This document shows positions 9,709 through 18,325 of a DNA stretch of 64,000 nucleotides, in pieces. The notes below the pieces were generated by a model, which had not been told where the DNA came from, made no database searches, and saw only the letters and a list, made by a program, of their open reading frames with translations. Origin of the DNA: Vulcanimicrobiota bacterium (GTDB lineage: Bacteria; Vulcanimicrobiota; Vulcanimicrobiia; Eremiobacterales; Eremiobacteraceae); contig CAWETU010000001.1 of the NCBI GenBank assembly GCA_963812135.1, positions 352,001 through 416,000 of the forward strand. Reading direction: 5' to 3'. Every line of letters begins with the position of its first letter. Position 1 is the first letter of the stretch. The translations under genes and the position numbers were made by a program.

Positions 9709-10775
9709 GCGCGATCGAGCCGGCCTGGGTCGCCGACCTGCTCAAGGCGATGCGCGGAGCGCGCATCGCGGTCGCCGGCGACATCATGCTCGACGAATGG
9801 TTGTGGGGCAGCGTGCGGCGCATCTCGCCGGAAGCGCCGGTGCCGGTGGTCGAGGTCAGTTCACAATCGTTCACGCTCGGCGGCGCGGGCAACGTCGCCA
9901 ACAATCTCGCGGCATTAGGCGCGAAGGTGCGTCTGGTCGGCGTCGTCGGCGACGATGCCGCCGGCAGCCGGACGCTCGAGCTGTGCAAGCAGCTCGGGAT
10001 CGACACCTCGGGTGTGTTCGTCGCGCCCGGCCGGCCCACGACGCAGAAGACGCGCATCGTCGCGCACAACCAACAAGTGGTGCGCGCAGACCGCGAGGTG
10101 ACCGCGGCGCTCGACGCGCGCTCGCGGCGCGCGCTGCTCGATCGTCTGCGCTCGCTCGATGGAGCGATCGACGGGGCGGTCGTGTCGGACTACAGCAAGG
10201 GCATGGTCAGCGCGCCGATCGTCCAGACGCTGCTCGGGCACCGTCATCGCGTCGTCGTCACGGGCGATCCCAAACCCGCCAACCTTGCTGCGTTTTCCGG
10301 CGTCGACTGCATCGCGCCGAATCTTGCCGAAACCGCAGACGCGGCGGGCATGCCGGTCGACACCGACGCGGCACTGGCGCGGGCGGCGTCGCGTTTGCTC
10401 AAGTCGACGAACACCAAGTATGTCCTCGTCACGCGCGGCGAGCACGGCATGACGCTTTTCGGCGCGCACGGCGCGCCGTTCACGGTGCCTGCGGTCGCGC
10501 GCCAAGTCTATGACGTCAGCGGTGCGGGCGACACGGTGATATCCGCCCTGACGCTGTCATTGGCGGCGGGTGCGCCGATCCGGCACGCGGTCGCCTTCGC
10601 GTCGCTGGCGGCCGGCGTCGTCGTCGAGAAACTCGGCACCGCGACCGCGACGCCGAAAGAGATCTTAGAGTTCGCGCGGCGCGAAGGCGTCGCACACCCG
10701 ATGCGCTTGGCGAGCGCGAAACGCGCATCCCGCGGGAAGTCCCGCAGCGGCAAGGGCCGTGCGCGCCGCCGATAA
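9705..10775 (+). CDS. rfaE1: Heptose-7-phosphate kinase (RfaE domain I)
   Basis: GDIMLDE, RISPEAPVPV, GGAGNVANN, SDYSKG, DVSGAGDTV. Confidence 0.93.
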   Translation: MSAIEPAWVADLLKAMRGARIAVAGDIMLDEWLWGSVRRISPEAPVPVVEVSSQSFTLGGAGNVANNLAALGAKVRLVGVVGDDAAGSRTLELCKQLGIDTSGVFVAPGRPTTQKTRIVAHNQQVVRADREVTAALDARSRRALLDRLRSLDGAIDGAVVSDYSKGMVSAPIVQTLLGHRHRVVVTGDPKPANLAAFSGVDCIAPNLAETADAAGMPVDTDAALARAASRLLKSTNTKYVLVTRGEHGMTLFGAHGAPFTVPAVARQVYDVSGAGDTVISALTLSLAAGAPIRHAVAFASLAAGVVVEKLGTATATPKEILEFARREGVAHPMRLASAKRASRGKSRSGKGRARRR

Positions 10776-11250
10776 AGTACTGCCGCGCGACGACATCGCC
10801 CGGCTGCTCCCGGCGCTGCGCGCCGAGCGCGGTACGCTCGTCTTCACCAATGGAGTCTTCGATCTGCTGCACGTCGGACACGTGCGTTACCTCGAATTCG
10901 CCCGCGCCCTGGGAGGCATCCTGATCGTCGGCATCAATTCGGATGCGTCCGTCCGCGCCCTCGACAAAGCTCCCGGCCGCCCCCTCGTCAGCGCCGCTGA
11001 ACGCGCCGAGATCGTCGCCGCGCTTGCCTGCGTCGACTACGTATGCATCTTCGACGAGCCGCGCCCGGATGCGACGCTGCGCGTGCTGCGCCCGGACATC
11101 CACGTCAAAGGCGCGGGTTACACGATCGCACAGCTTCCCGAAGCGGCGACCGTCGCGGAGATCGGCGGCAAGATCGTGCTGGCGCCGCAGGTCGAAGGCC
11201 GATCGACGAGCGATCTGCTCAAGCGCATCCGCGAAAGCGATTCGAAGTGA
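10759..11250 (+). CDS. rfaE2: Heptose-1-phosphate adenylyltransferase (RfaE domain II)
   Basis: FTNGVFDLLHVGHVRYL, GINSDASV, HVKG, GRSTS. Confidence 0.93.
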   Translation: MRAADKVLPRDDIARLLPALRAERGTLVFTNGVFDLLHVGHVRYLEFARALGGILIVGINSDASVRALDKAPGRPLVSAAERAEIVAALACVDYVCIFDEPRPDATLRVLRPDIHVKGAGYTIAQLPEAATVAEIGGKIVLAPQVEGRSTSDLLKRIRESDSK

Positions 11251-12488
11251 CGCCGCGGCTGGTCGTCACCGTCAATGGTCCCGGCGAACTGATGGGTTGG
11301 GCGCGCCCCTTCGTGCGCGCGGTCTACGAACTGGCCGCGGACACGCACGTCACGATCGTGTTCGTGCCGTGCCCCTATGCGACCGGGCGCGAGCCCCAGA
11401 CGGCGCGCGACCTTTTCCCGCGGGCGACCGTGGTGCCGCCCAAACAGTATGCGCGTTTCCTCATGGGTCGCGCCGTCGAGGGGATGGAGAAAGGCCCCGG
11501 CGCCCTGCAGTACCTCGGCGGCGATCTGTACCATGCGAAGACGATCGCGAAGCGCATGGGACTGACGTCCATGACCTACAAGTTCTCGCGCCGCAACTTC
11601 GCGCACAGCTTCGTGCGTTTTTTCGCGCTCGACGAAGCGAACGCCGCAGAGTTGCGTGCGACCGGCGCGCCGCCGGATCGCGTGCGCATCGTCGGCAACC
11701 TGGTGGCCGACTCGGTGCTCGAATCGGTGGCCTCACCGGCACCGGCGCCGAGCCGCGCGACGACGATCTGCATCTTCCCCGGCAGCCGGCCGCCGGAGTT
11801 GCGCGCGCTGTTGCCATTCTTTCTCGATGCGGTGATGCGCGTGCTGCGCGCGCGGCCCGAGCTCAGCGGCAGCGTGTCAGTCGCTCCCTTCAATAGCGAC
11901 GATGAGATCGGCGCGAGTATGCAGGCGCCGGATAGTGCGTTCGGCGGCGTGCGCGGCGAGCTCGTCGACGGCGGCAAGGCGATCGTCGTGGACGGTATCC
12001 GCTTTGCGGTTGACCGTTCGGGCAGGTACGAGGCCCTGTCGCAAGCGGCGCTCGTGATCGCGACACCCGGCACCAAATGCATTGAAGCGGCTGTGCTCGG
12101 CCGGCCGCTGCTCGTCGTGCTGCCGCTCAACCGGACCGACGAAGCCGTCGTGCCAGGAATGGCCGGGTATTTGCATCGCGTACCCGTGGTCGGCCGGCCG
12201 CTCAAACGCTGGCTGTCGCATAAGATCGAGCGCCGCTTCAAATATGTCGCGCAACCCAACATCGACGCCGACAAACTGCTGGTGCCGGAATTGCGAGGCG
12301 TGCTGAGCTCGCAGGATATCGCGGCGCGCGCTCTCTCGATGCTCGGGGACCCGGCCGGACTGGACGCGATGGGCGCCGAGCTCGCGCAACTGTATGCGCA
12401 CGACGCCGGAGCGGCGGTGCGCATGGCGCGCGAGGCGCTTTCGGTGGCGGTCGAAGCGGCGCAGCCGGCGACAGGAGCGGCATCGTAA
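11247..12488 (+). CDS. Lipid-A-disaccharide synthase (LpxB)-like glycosyltransferase
   Basis: NGPGELMGW, YLGGD, VGNLVAD, IFPGSRPPE, PGTKCIEAA, QPNI...VPEL resemble divergent LpxB-related GT-B proteins. Confidence 0.65.
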   Translation: MTPRLVVTVNGPGELMGWARPFVRAVYELAADTHVTIVFVPCPYATGREPQTARDLFPRATVVPPKQYARFLMGRAVEGMEKGPGALQYLGGDLYHAKTIAKRMGLTSMTYKFSRRNFAHSFVRFFALDEANAAELRATGAPPDRVRIVGNLVADSVLESVASPAPAPSRATTICIFPGSRPPELRALLPFFLDAVMRVLRARPELSGSVSVAPFNSDDEIGASMQAPDSAFGGVRGELVDGGKAIVVDGIRFAVDRSGRYEALSQAALVIATPGTKCIEAAVLGRPLLVVLPLNRTDEAVVPGMAGYLHRVPVVGRPLKRWLSHKIERRFKYVAQPNIDADKLLVPELRGVLSSQDIAARALSMLGDPAGLDAMGAELAQLYAHDAGAAVRMAREALSVAVEAAQPATGAAS

Positions 12489-12490
12489 CC

Positions 12491-13372
12491 ATGCCCGAGG
12501 CGACCGTCGTGATCGCCACGCGCGATCGCGCCGACCTGCTGCGCGATTGCCTCGCCCGGCTCGCGGCGCAAACGGCGCACGGGCGGTTCGATGTCATCGT
12601 GGCGGACAACGGTTCGAGCGATGATACGGAGCGCGTCGTCGCGCAGGCGGCGCCGCTCGCCAGACGCGTCTTCGTCGCGCGACCCAATCGCGGCAGCGCG
12701 CGCAACGCCGGCATCGCTGCGGCGACCGGCCGCATCGTCATCTTCTGTGACGACGACACGCTGCCGCCGGGCGGCTTCGTCGCCGCGCACCTCGCCGCGC
12801 ACGGCGCGGCAACAGATCGCGTGGTGGCAGGGCCGATCGTCAACGTGCCCGACGCGGAGCATCTGACGGCGCCGACCGCCGCGCACTATTCGCGCGCGTT
12901 TTTTTGCACGTGCAACGCGAGCGCGCCGAAAGCCGCGCTCGATGCCGTCGGCGATTTCGATGAGGCATTCGAGCTGTACGGGTGGGAAGACACGGATCTC
13001 GGCGTGCGCTTGAAGAGCGCGGGCCTCAAGCGCGTGTTCGCCTGGGATGCGTACATCTATCACGTCAAGCCGCCATCCGTGATGACGCTGGAGCGCCGGC
13101 TCGCCCTCGCTCGCGAGAAGGGCGCGATGGCCGCGCGCTTCGTGCGCAAGTCACCGACCTGGCCGGTACGTCTGGCGACCGGCGCATATGCGGCGAATTT
13201 CGCGCGCGCATCGATTGCCGGCGTGGCGCCGCTGCGGCGCCTCTATGAACGGCTCGCGCAGCCGCGCGTGCCGGGTGAGCTCTCGGGCGTGCGCGCGCTC
13301 GCCGCGGATGCGCTGGCAGACGCGACATATGTCGATGCGCTGCGCGCGGGGCTGCGGCGCGCAGATGGCTGA
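12491..13372 (+). CDS. Glycosyltransferase family 2
   Basis: VVIATRDR, DNGSSD, ARNAG, FCDDD, YGWEDTDLG. Confidence 0.9.
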   Translation: MPEATVVIATRDRADLLRDCLARLAAQTAHGRFDVIVADNGSSDDTERVVAQAAPLARRVFVARPNRGSARNAGIAAATGRIVIFCDDDTLPPGGFVAAHLAAHGAATDRVVAGPIVNVPDAEHLTAPTAAHYSRAFFCTCNASAPKAALDAVGDFDEAFELYGWEDTDLGVRLKSAGLKRVFAWDAYIYHVKPPSVMTLERRLALAREKGAMAARFVRKSPTWPVRLATGAYAANFARASIAGVAPLRRLYERLAQPRVPGELSGVRALAADALADATYVDALRAGLRRADG

Positions 13373-14384
13373 CGCCCCCCGATTTCTCCTCGTACGTCTT
13401 GACGGGCTCGGCGATGCGCTCGCGTGCATCCCCGCGCTTGCCGGTCTGCGCGCAGCGCATCCAGGTGCGGCGTTCGGCGTCGTCTGCTCGAGCGCGAACG
13501 CCGACGTGTTCTCGGATCTGATGGAGCGCGTGCATGTCTTGCCAGATGTGTCTGCGCCACGCGAAGCGCTCGACGCGGAATTGAAGCGGGCCGGATACAC
13601 GCACGCGCTTGTAGCGACCGAGGAAGTCGCGGGATACGCGCTTGCGTCGGCGTCCGGCGCGCGCCGCCGCGCCGGCTTTTGGCATCGCTTTGAAAAGCCG
13701 TTCAAGTCGCTCTGGCAATTCGCGCAGCTCACCGACCGCGTCTACCGGCCGGCGGCGTGGACCGCGCGCCCGGAGCACGAGGCGGAAACGCTCTATCGTC
13801 TCGCGCTGCCGTTCGGCGCACACGCGCCGCCGCCGCGCGACGCACGAACACTGCGCGAATGGGTGGCGCTCGACCCCGATCCATCGCAGCAGCTGACGCG
13901 CGATACGCTCGGCGTGCAAGTGGCCGGCAAGCTTGCGACCGACGGGTGGGGCCCAAGCGCGCTCGCGCAACTCTGCGAGAGCGCCCTCCGATCGTCCGAG
14001 CTGCGTGATTTGGCGCTGTTGGCGGCGCCATCCGACCAGGGCCTCGCGCACTCCGTGCTGGAACACTTTGGCGGCGACGCGCGTTCGCGCGCCCGCGTGC
14101 TACCTCCCGGACGCGTGCCCCAATGGTTCGCAGCGATCGATTCGCTCGCGGCGCTCCTCACGCCGGATACCGGCGCGGCACATGCAGCCGGCATGCTCGG
14201 AGTCCCGGTGATCGATCTCTTCGCCCAGACACGTTTCGACCAGCTCTCGCGCCAATGGCGTCCGTGGGCGGCGCCGGCGCGCTGCCTCGTCAAGCCGATC
14301 GCAGGCCCCGGCATCGCGCAGTCATTCGGCGACGAGCTGGGGACCGAGATCAAACGGTTGCGCACGCAGGACGCACGCGCGTGA
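13365..14384 (+). CDS. Glycosyltransferase family 9 (heptosyltransferase-like)
   Basis: LVRLDGLGDAL...P; TPDTGAAHAAGMLGVPVIDLF; WRPW. Confidence 0.85.
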   Translation: MADAPRFLLVRLDGLGDALACIPALAGLRAAHPGAAFGVVCSSANADVFSDLMERVHVLPDVSAPREALDAELKRAGYTHALVATEEVAGYALASASGARRRAGFWHRFEKPFKSLWQFAQLTDRVYRPAAWTARPEHEAETLYRLALPFGAHAPPPRDARTLREWVALDPDPSQQLTRDTLGVQVAGKLATDGWGPSALAQLCESALRSSELRDLALLAAPSDQGLAHSVLEHFGGDARSRARVLPPGRVPQWFAAIDSLAALLTPDTGAAHAAGMLGVPVIDLFAQTRFDQLSRQWRPWAAPARCLVKPIAGPGIAQSFGDELGTEIKRLRTQDARA

Positions 14385-15427
14385 GCCAAACGGATCGCGC
14401 ACGCGTGCTCGCGGTGTGCACCGGCGGCGGCAGCGGCGATCTGCTGGCCGCGACGCCGGCGATGCAGGCATTGGCGCGCCATTTCGGCCGGAAGCTCGTG
14501 GTGCTCGCGTCGCCGCTCGCCGCGCCGCTGCTCGACGGCCACCCAGCCGTCGAAACGACGCTGGTCGATGACGGCCGGGAGCCGGTCGACGCGATCGCCG
14601 CGCGGCTGCGCGAGTTCGGCTTCACGCACGCGGTCGTCTTCTGGTCGACGGCGCGCGTCGCAGCGATCGTCGCGCGCGCGGGCATCCCAGTGCGCGTGGG
14701 CCAGTCGCGGCGCCTGTATTCGTGGCGGTATACGCTTCGCGTGCCGGTGCGCACCGAGCGCGGCGACCAGACCAGTCACTGGACCGACGTGCAGATGGAT
14801 TACGCGCGCGCCCTGGGCGCACAGCCGATCGATTCGGATTATCGCATCGTCGTGCCGATCGATGCGGACGACCGGGCGCAAGCAAGCGAGGTGCTCCGCC
14901 GCGCCGCGCCGGATGGGCGCTTTCTCGTCTTGCACGCGGCGCGCGGCATGCGCTTGGACACGGTGCGCTGGCCGGTGGAGACGTTCGCGGCGATCGGCGA
15001 TGCGCTCGCCGACGCGTTCGGTGTGCCAGTATTGCTCACCGGCGCCGCAGATGAGGCGGCGACCATCCAACGGATCGGCGACGCGATGCACCGGCCGCAC
15101 GCAGTCATCGCAGGAAAGACCAGTCTACGCAGTCTCGCCGCACTGCTCGAACGAGCCGAGGTGGTCGTCGCGCTTGATTCGGGACCGATGCACATCGCCG
15201 CGGCGGTCGGCGCGCCGACGGTCGGTATCTTCGCGCTGCGCACGGATCTGCCGAAACGCTGGCGGCCGCTCGGCGATCGCGTGGTGATTGTCGAGCCCTC
15301 GTACGCGTGTCCGCGGTGGTGCCGCAAGGAGACGTGCAAGACGTTCGACTGCTGTCGCGCGCTCGACCCGGCCGCGATCGTCAGCGCTGCGCGCGACGCG
15401 ACGCGCAAGACCGCGAGCGTCGCATGA
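14381..15427 (+). CDS. Glycosyltransferase family 9 (heptosyltransferase-like)
   Basis: GDLLAATP, RWP, AGKTSL, DSGPMHIAAAVG, WRP, C-terminal Cys cluster. Confidence 0.9.
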   Translation: MSQTDRARVLAVCTGGGSGDLLAATPAMQALARHFGRKLVVLASPLAAPLLDGHPAVETTLVDDGREPVDAIAARLREFGFTHAVVFWSTARVAAIVARAGIPVRVGQSRRLYSWRYTLRVPVRTERGDQTSHWTDVQMDYARALGAQPIDSDYRIVVPIDADDRAQASEVLRRAAPDGRFLVLHAARGMRLDTVRWPVETFAAIGDALADAFGVPVLLTGAADEAATIQRIGDAMHRPHAVIAGKTSLRSLAALLERAEVVVALDSGPMHIAAAVGAPTVGIFALRTDLPKRWRPLGDRVVIVEPSYACPRWCRKETCKTFDCCRALDPAAIVSAARDATRKTASVA

Positions 15428-16344
15428 GCGCTCCGATCATCACCGTTCAGTTGTGCACGTACAACCGTCGCGCGCTGCTCGGCCGCGTGATGCAGGCCCT
15501 CTTCGCACAGGACCTCGATTCATCCCAATACGAGATCGTGCTTGTCGACGACGGTTCGACCGACGGCACATACGAAGACGTGATCGCCAAACTCGCGCCG
15601 ACGTGCGCGCTGACCGTCGTGCGCCAGCGCAATGCCGGCCTTGCCGCCGGTCGCAACGCCGGCATCGCGAGAGCGCGCGGCGAATTGATCATGTTCATGG
15701 ACGACGACGTGCTCGCCACGCCTGGGTTGCTGGCGGCGCACGTGCGTGCTCACCAGGCGAACTCGCGCGCGATCGTCAGGGGCGGCGTGATCAACGTCGT
15801 GTCGTTCGACGAGTTGCCGCGTGCAGCGTATTCCTGGCGCAACTACTCGGGTGCGTATTTCTGGACCACCAACGTTTCGGTGCCCCTCGCGCTGCTGCGA
15901 GAAGCCGGGGGCTTTGACGAACGCTTCCGGGAGTACGGCTGGGAGGACCTGGACGTCGGTCTGCGTCTGCGGCAGATGCATGTCCCATCGCTGCTCGCCA
16001 AAGACGCGCTCGTCTACCATTATAAGCCACCCGCGCCGCCCAGCGCGTTTTCGGCGCAGGCGCGCCAGGCGCGCGCCCAGGCACGCACCGCGGTGCAGTT
16101 CATCGACAAGCACCCGCACTGGCGCGTCGCGCTGGCGACCGGCCAAGTCGCGCCGCTGATGTGGTGGAGCGGAGTCGCGCGGGCGCTCGGGTGGCCGCGA
16201 CTGCTCGAGACGATCGCGAAGCCAGACATGTCGAGCGGTGCGCTGCCGATGGGCCTGCGCCGATGGGCCGCAGCGCGCTTCGCTCGCGCCGAATACTTCG
16301 ACGAACTGCAGCTCGCCCGCGCGCCGCGGGCGCGAAAAGCGTAA
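15424..16344 (+). CDS. Glycosyltransferase family 2
   Basis: CTYNR, VDDGSTDGT, GRNAG, FMDDD, YGWEDLDVG. Confidence 0.9.
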   Translation: MSAPIITVQLCTYNRRALLGRVMQALFAQDLDSSQYEIVLVDDGSTDGTYEDVIAKLAPTCALTVVRQRNAGLAAGRNAGIARARGELIMFMDDDVLATPGLLAAHVRAHQANSRAIVRGGVINVVSFDELPRAAYSWRNYSGAYFWTTNVSVPLALLREAGGFDERFREYGWEDLDVGLRLRQMHVPSLLAKDALVYHYKPPAPPSAFSAQARQARAQARTAVQFIDKHPHWRVALATGQVAPLMWWSGVARALGWPRLLETIAKPDMSSGALPMGLRRWAAARFARAEYFDELQLARAPRARKA

Positions 16345-16353
16345 GCGCGCAGC

Positions 16354-17379
16354 GTGCCTGCCTATCGCCGCATCCTGCTCATCCGCACCGACCGGCTCGG
16401 CGACCTCGTGCTCTCGACGCCGGCGATCGCGTCGTTTCGCCGGTCGTGGCCGGACGCGCGCATCGAGGCGCTCGTCTCCGACTACAACGAGCCGGTGATG
16501 CGTTTCAATCGCGACGTCGACGCGCTTCACGTGTTGCCGCGCACGGCCTCACGCTCGCAAGCCCGAGCGCTCGCGCGCACCCTCGGGGAAGGCGTGGACC
16601 TCGCCGTCGCGCTCGCGCCGCGCACCGCGGATTATCGGCTTGCGCTGTGGTCGCGCGCGCCGCGGCGCATCGGCTACGTCTATCGAAGGCGCTACCTCTC
16701 GCGACTGGCGGCCCGCGTGATGCTGACGGATCACGGCATCTCTGAAGCGGATCCCGACCTCGCCGATCGCTATCCCGACCGTCCGGTTGCACACGAGGTG
16801 CATCAAGTGCTCGCCCTCGTGCGTCTCGCGGGCGGCGAAACGCTCACTGATTCGCTCGTCTTCGACGTCGGCGAAGAGGCGACAGCGTTCGCGCGCGATG
16901 CAGTGCCGTCCGGCGCGATCGGCGTGAATCTCGCGCCGCGCTGGTTCGCCCCTGACTTCGGCCTGCGCGCGACTGCGACGCTCATCGAGGGTCTCGCCGC
17001 GCAGCAGAAGGACGTGCTGGTCACGTATGGCGGCGACGTGCGAGAAGCGGCGATGCAGCTGCGCGGCTCCGTCAACGCGTCCAACGTCACCTGGATCGGT
17101 GAAGCGCCGGTGCTCGATTGGGCGGCAGCGCTCGGCCGGTGCGGCGCGGTCATCACCGTTGATTGCGGCGCGGTGCACGTCGCCGCCGCGCAAGGCATTC
17201 CCGTCGTCGGCGTCTACGAACGGCAGTATTATCGGTTGAGCTCCCAGGAGTGGAGCCCATGGCACGTGCCGTCGGTCGTGCTGTGCAAACCACCCGAGGG
17301 AGCGAGCGCGCTCCCGCTCATCGACGACGTGCTCGCGGGCGTGCGGGCGCTGCTGCGCCAGCCCGCGCCCGCCGCATGA
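16354..17379 (+). CDS. Glycosyltransferase family 9 (heptosyltransferase-like)
   Basis: LIRTDRLGDLVLSTP; DCGAVHVAAAQG; WSPW. Confidence 0.87.
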   Translation: MPAYRRILLIRTDRLGDLVLSTPAIASFRRSWPDARIEALVSDYNEPVMRFNRDVDALHVLPRTASRSQARALARTLGEGVDLAVALAPRTADYRLALWSRAPRRIGYVYRRRYLSRLAARVMLTDHGISEADPDLADRYPDRPVAHEVHQVLALVRLAGGETLTDSLVFDVGEEATAFARDAVPSGAIGVNLAPRWFAPDFGLRATATLIEGLAAQQKDVLVTYGGDVREAAMQLRGSVNASNVTWIGEAPVLDWAAALGRCGAVITVDCGAVHVAAAQGIPVVGVYERQYYRLSSQEWSPWHVPSVVLCKPPEGASALPLIDDVLAGVRALLRQPAPAA

Positions 17380-17389
17380 TCCGAAGAGC

Positions 17390-18325
17390 ATGAAGCTATC
17401 GGTCGTGATCCCGACCTACAACCGCATCGATACGCTGCGGGTCGTCGTGCCGTCTCTCCTGGAGCAGACGCTGCCCGCCGGCGAGTACGAGCTCGTCATC
17501 GCCGACTCGCGCAGCACCGACGGCACGCGCGAGTATCTGGCGGGACTGGGGGCCGGCGGCCGAGTCCGCCATCTGCCCGGCGACTATACCGGCCGCGCGT
17601 CGGCGCGCAATGCCGGCATCGCCGCTGCGGTCGCGCCGCTCGTCCTGTTCACGGATGCGGACATCATCGCGTCGCCGGACCTGCTCGAGCGCCACGTGGC
17701 CGGACACGAAGCCGCGGAACGGCGTATCGCGATCGTGGGCTGCGAGCTCCAAGTCAAGTCGCTCGACGACTACCGCGTGCAGCGCGACCAGCCCGAAACC
17801 CGCAAGCCATTGCACCCGGCGGAGCGCCGGCGGCTCTCCTGGCTCTACTTCTTGACCGGCAACGCGTCCGCGCGGCGCGACGATTTGTCGGCGGTCGGCG
17901 GATTCGATGAGGATTTCACCGGTTACGGTCACGAAGACCTCGAGCTCGGGTATCGGTTGGAGAAAGCCGGCGTCGAGCTGCGATACGACGCCCGGGCGAT
18001 CAACTATCACTGGCACCCGGTCGGCTACGAAGAACAGAAGGGCAAGATGGAGCTGGCCGGCGTGTCGACGGTGCGTTTCTATCGCAAGCATCGCGACGTA
18101 GCGGTGATGGCGAACCTCGGGATGACGCCGGTCTCGCTCGCGCTCCACTCGTTGCTGCAAGCCGCCGGACCCGTGCGGCGTGCCATCGAGCGCGCGGGCG
18201 AAAGCCAAGAGTCGCCGCGCAAGAACACGTGGCCGTTCATCGCGCGACAGATCGCCTATCAATACCACTACTTGAACGGGGTGAAGCGCGCATTGCGCGA
18301 GCCCGACGGAGCGACACGCGGTTGA
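17390..18325 (+). CDS. Glycosyltransferase family 2
   Basis: SVVIPTYNR, STDGT, ARNAG, FTDAD, YGHEDLELG. Confidence 0.9.
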   Translation: MKLSVVIPTYNRIDTLRVVVPSLLEQTLPAGEYELVIADSRSTDGTREYLAGLGAGGRVRHLPGDYTGRASARNAGIAAAVAPLVLFTDADIIASPDLLERHVAGHEAAERRIAIVGCELQVKSLDDYRVQRDQPETRKPLHPAERRRLSWLYFLTGNASARRDDLSAVGGFDEDFTGYGHEDLELGYRLEKAGVELRYDARAINYHWHPVGYEEQKGKMELAGVSTVRFYRKHRDVAVMANLGMTPVSLALHSLLQAAGPVRRAIERAGESQESPRKNTWPFIARQIAYQYHYLNGVKRALREPDGATRG

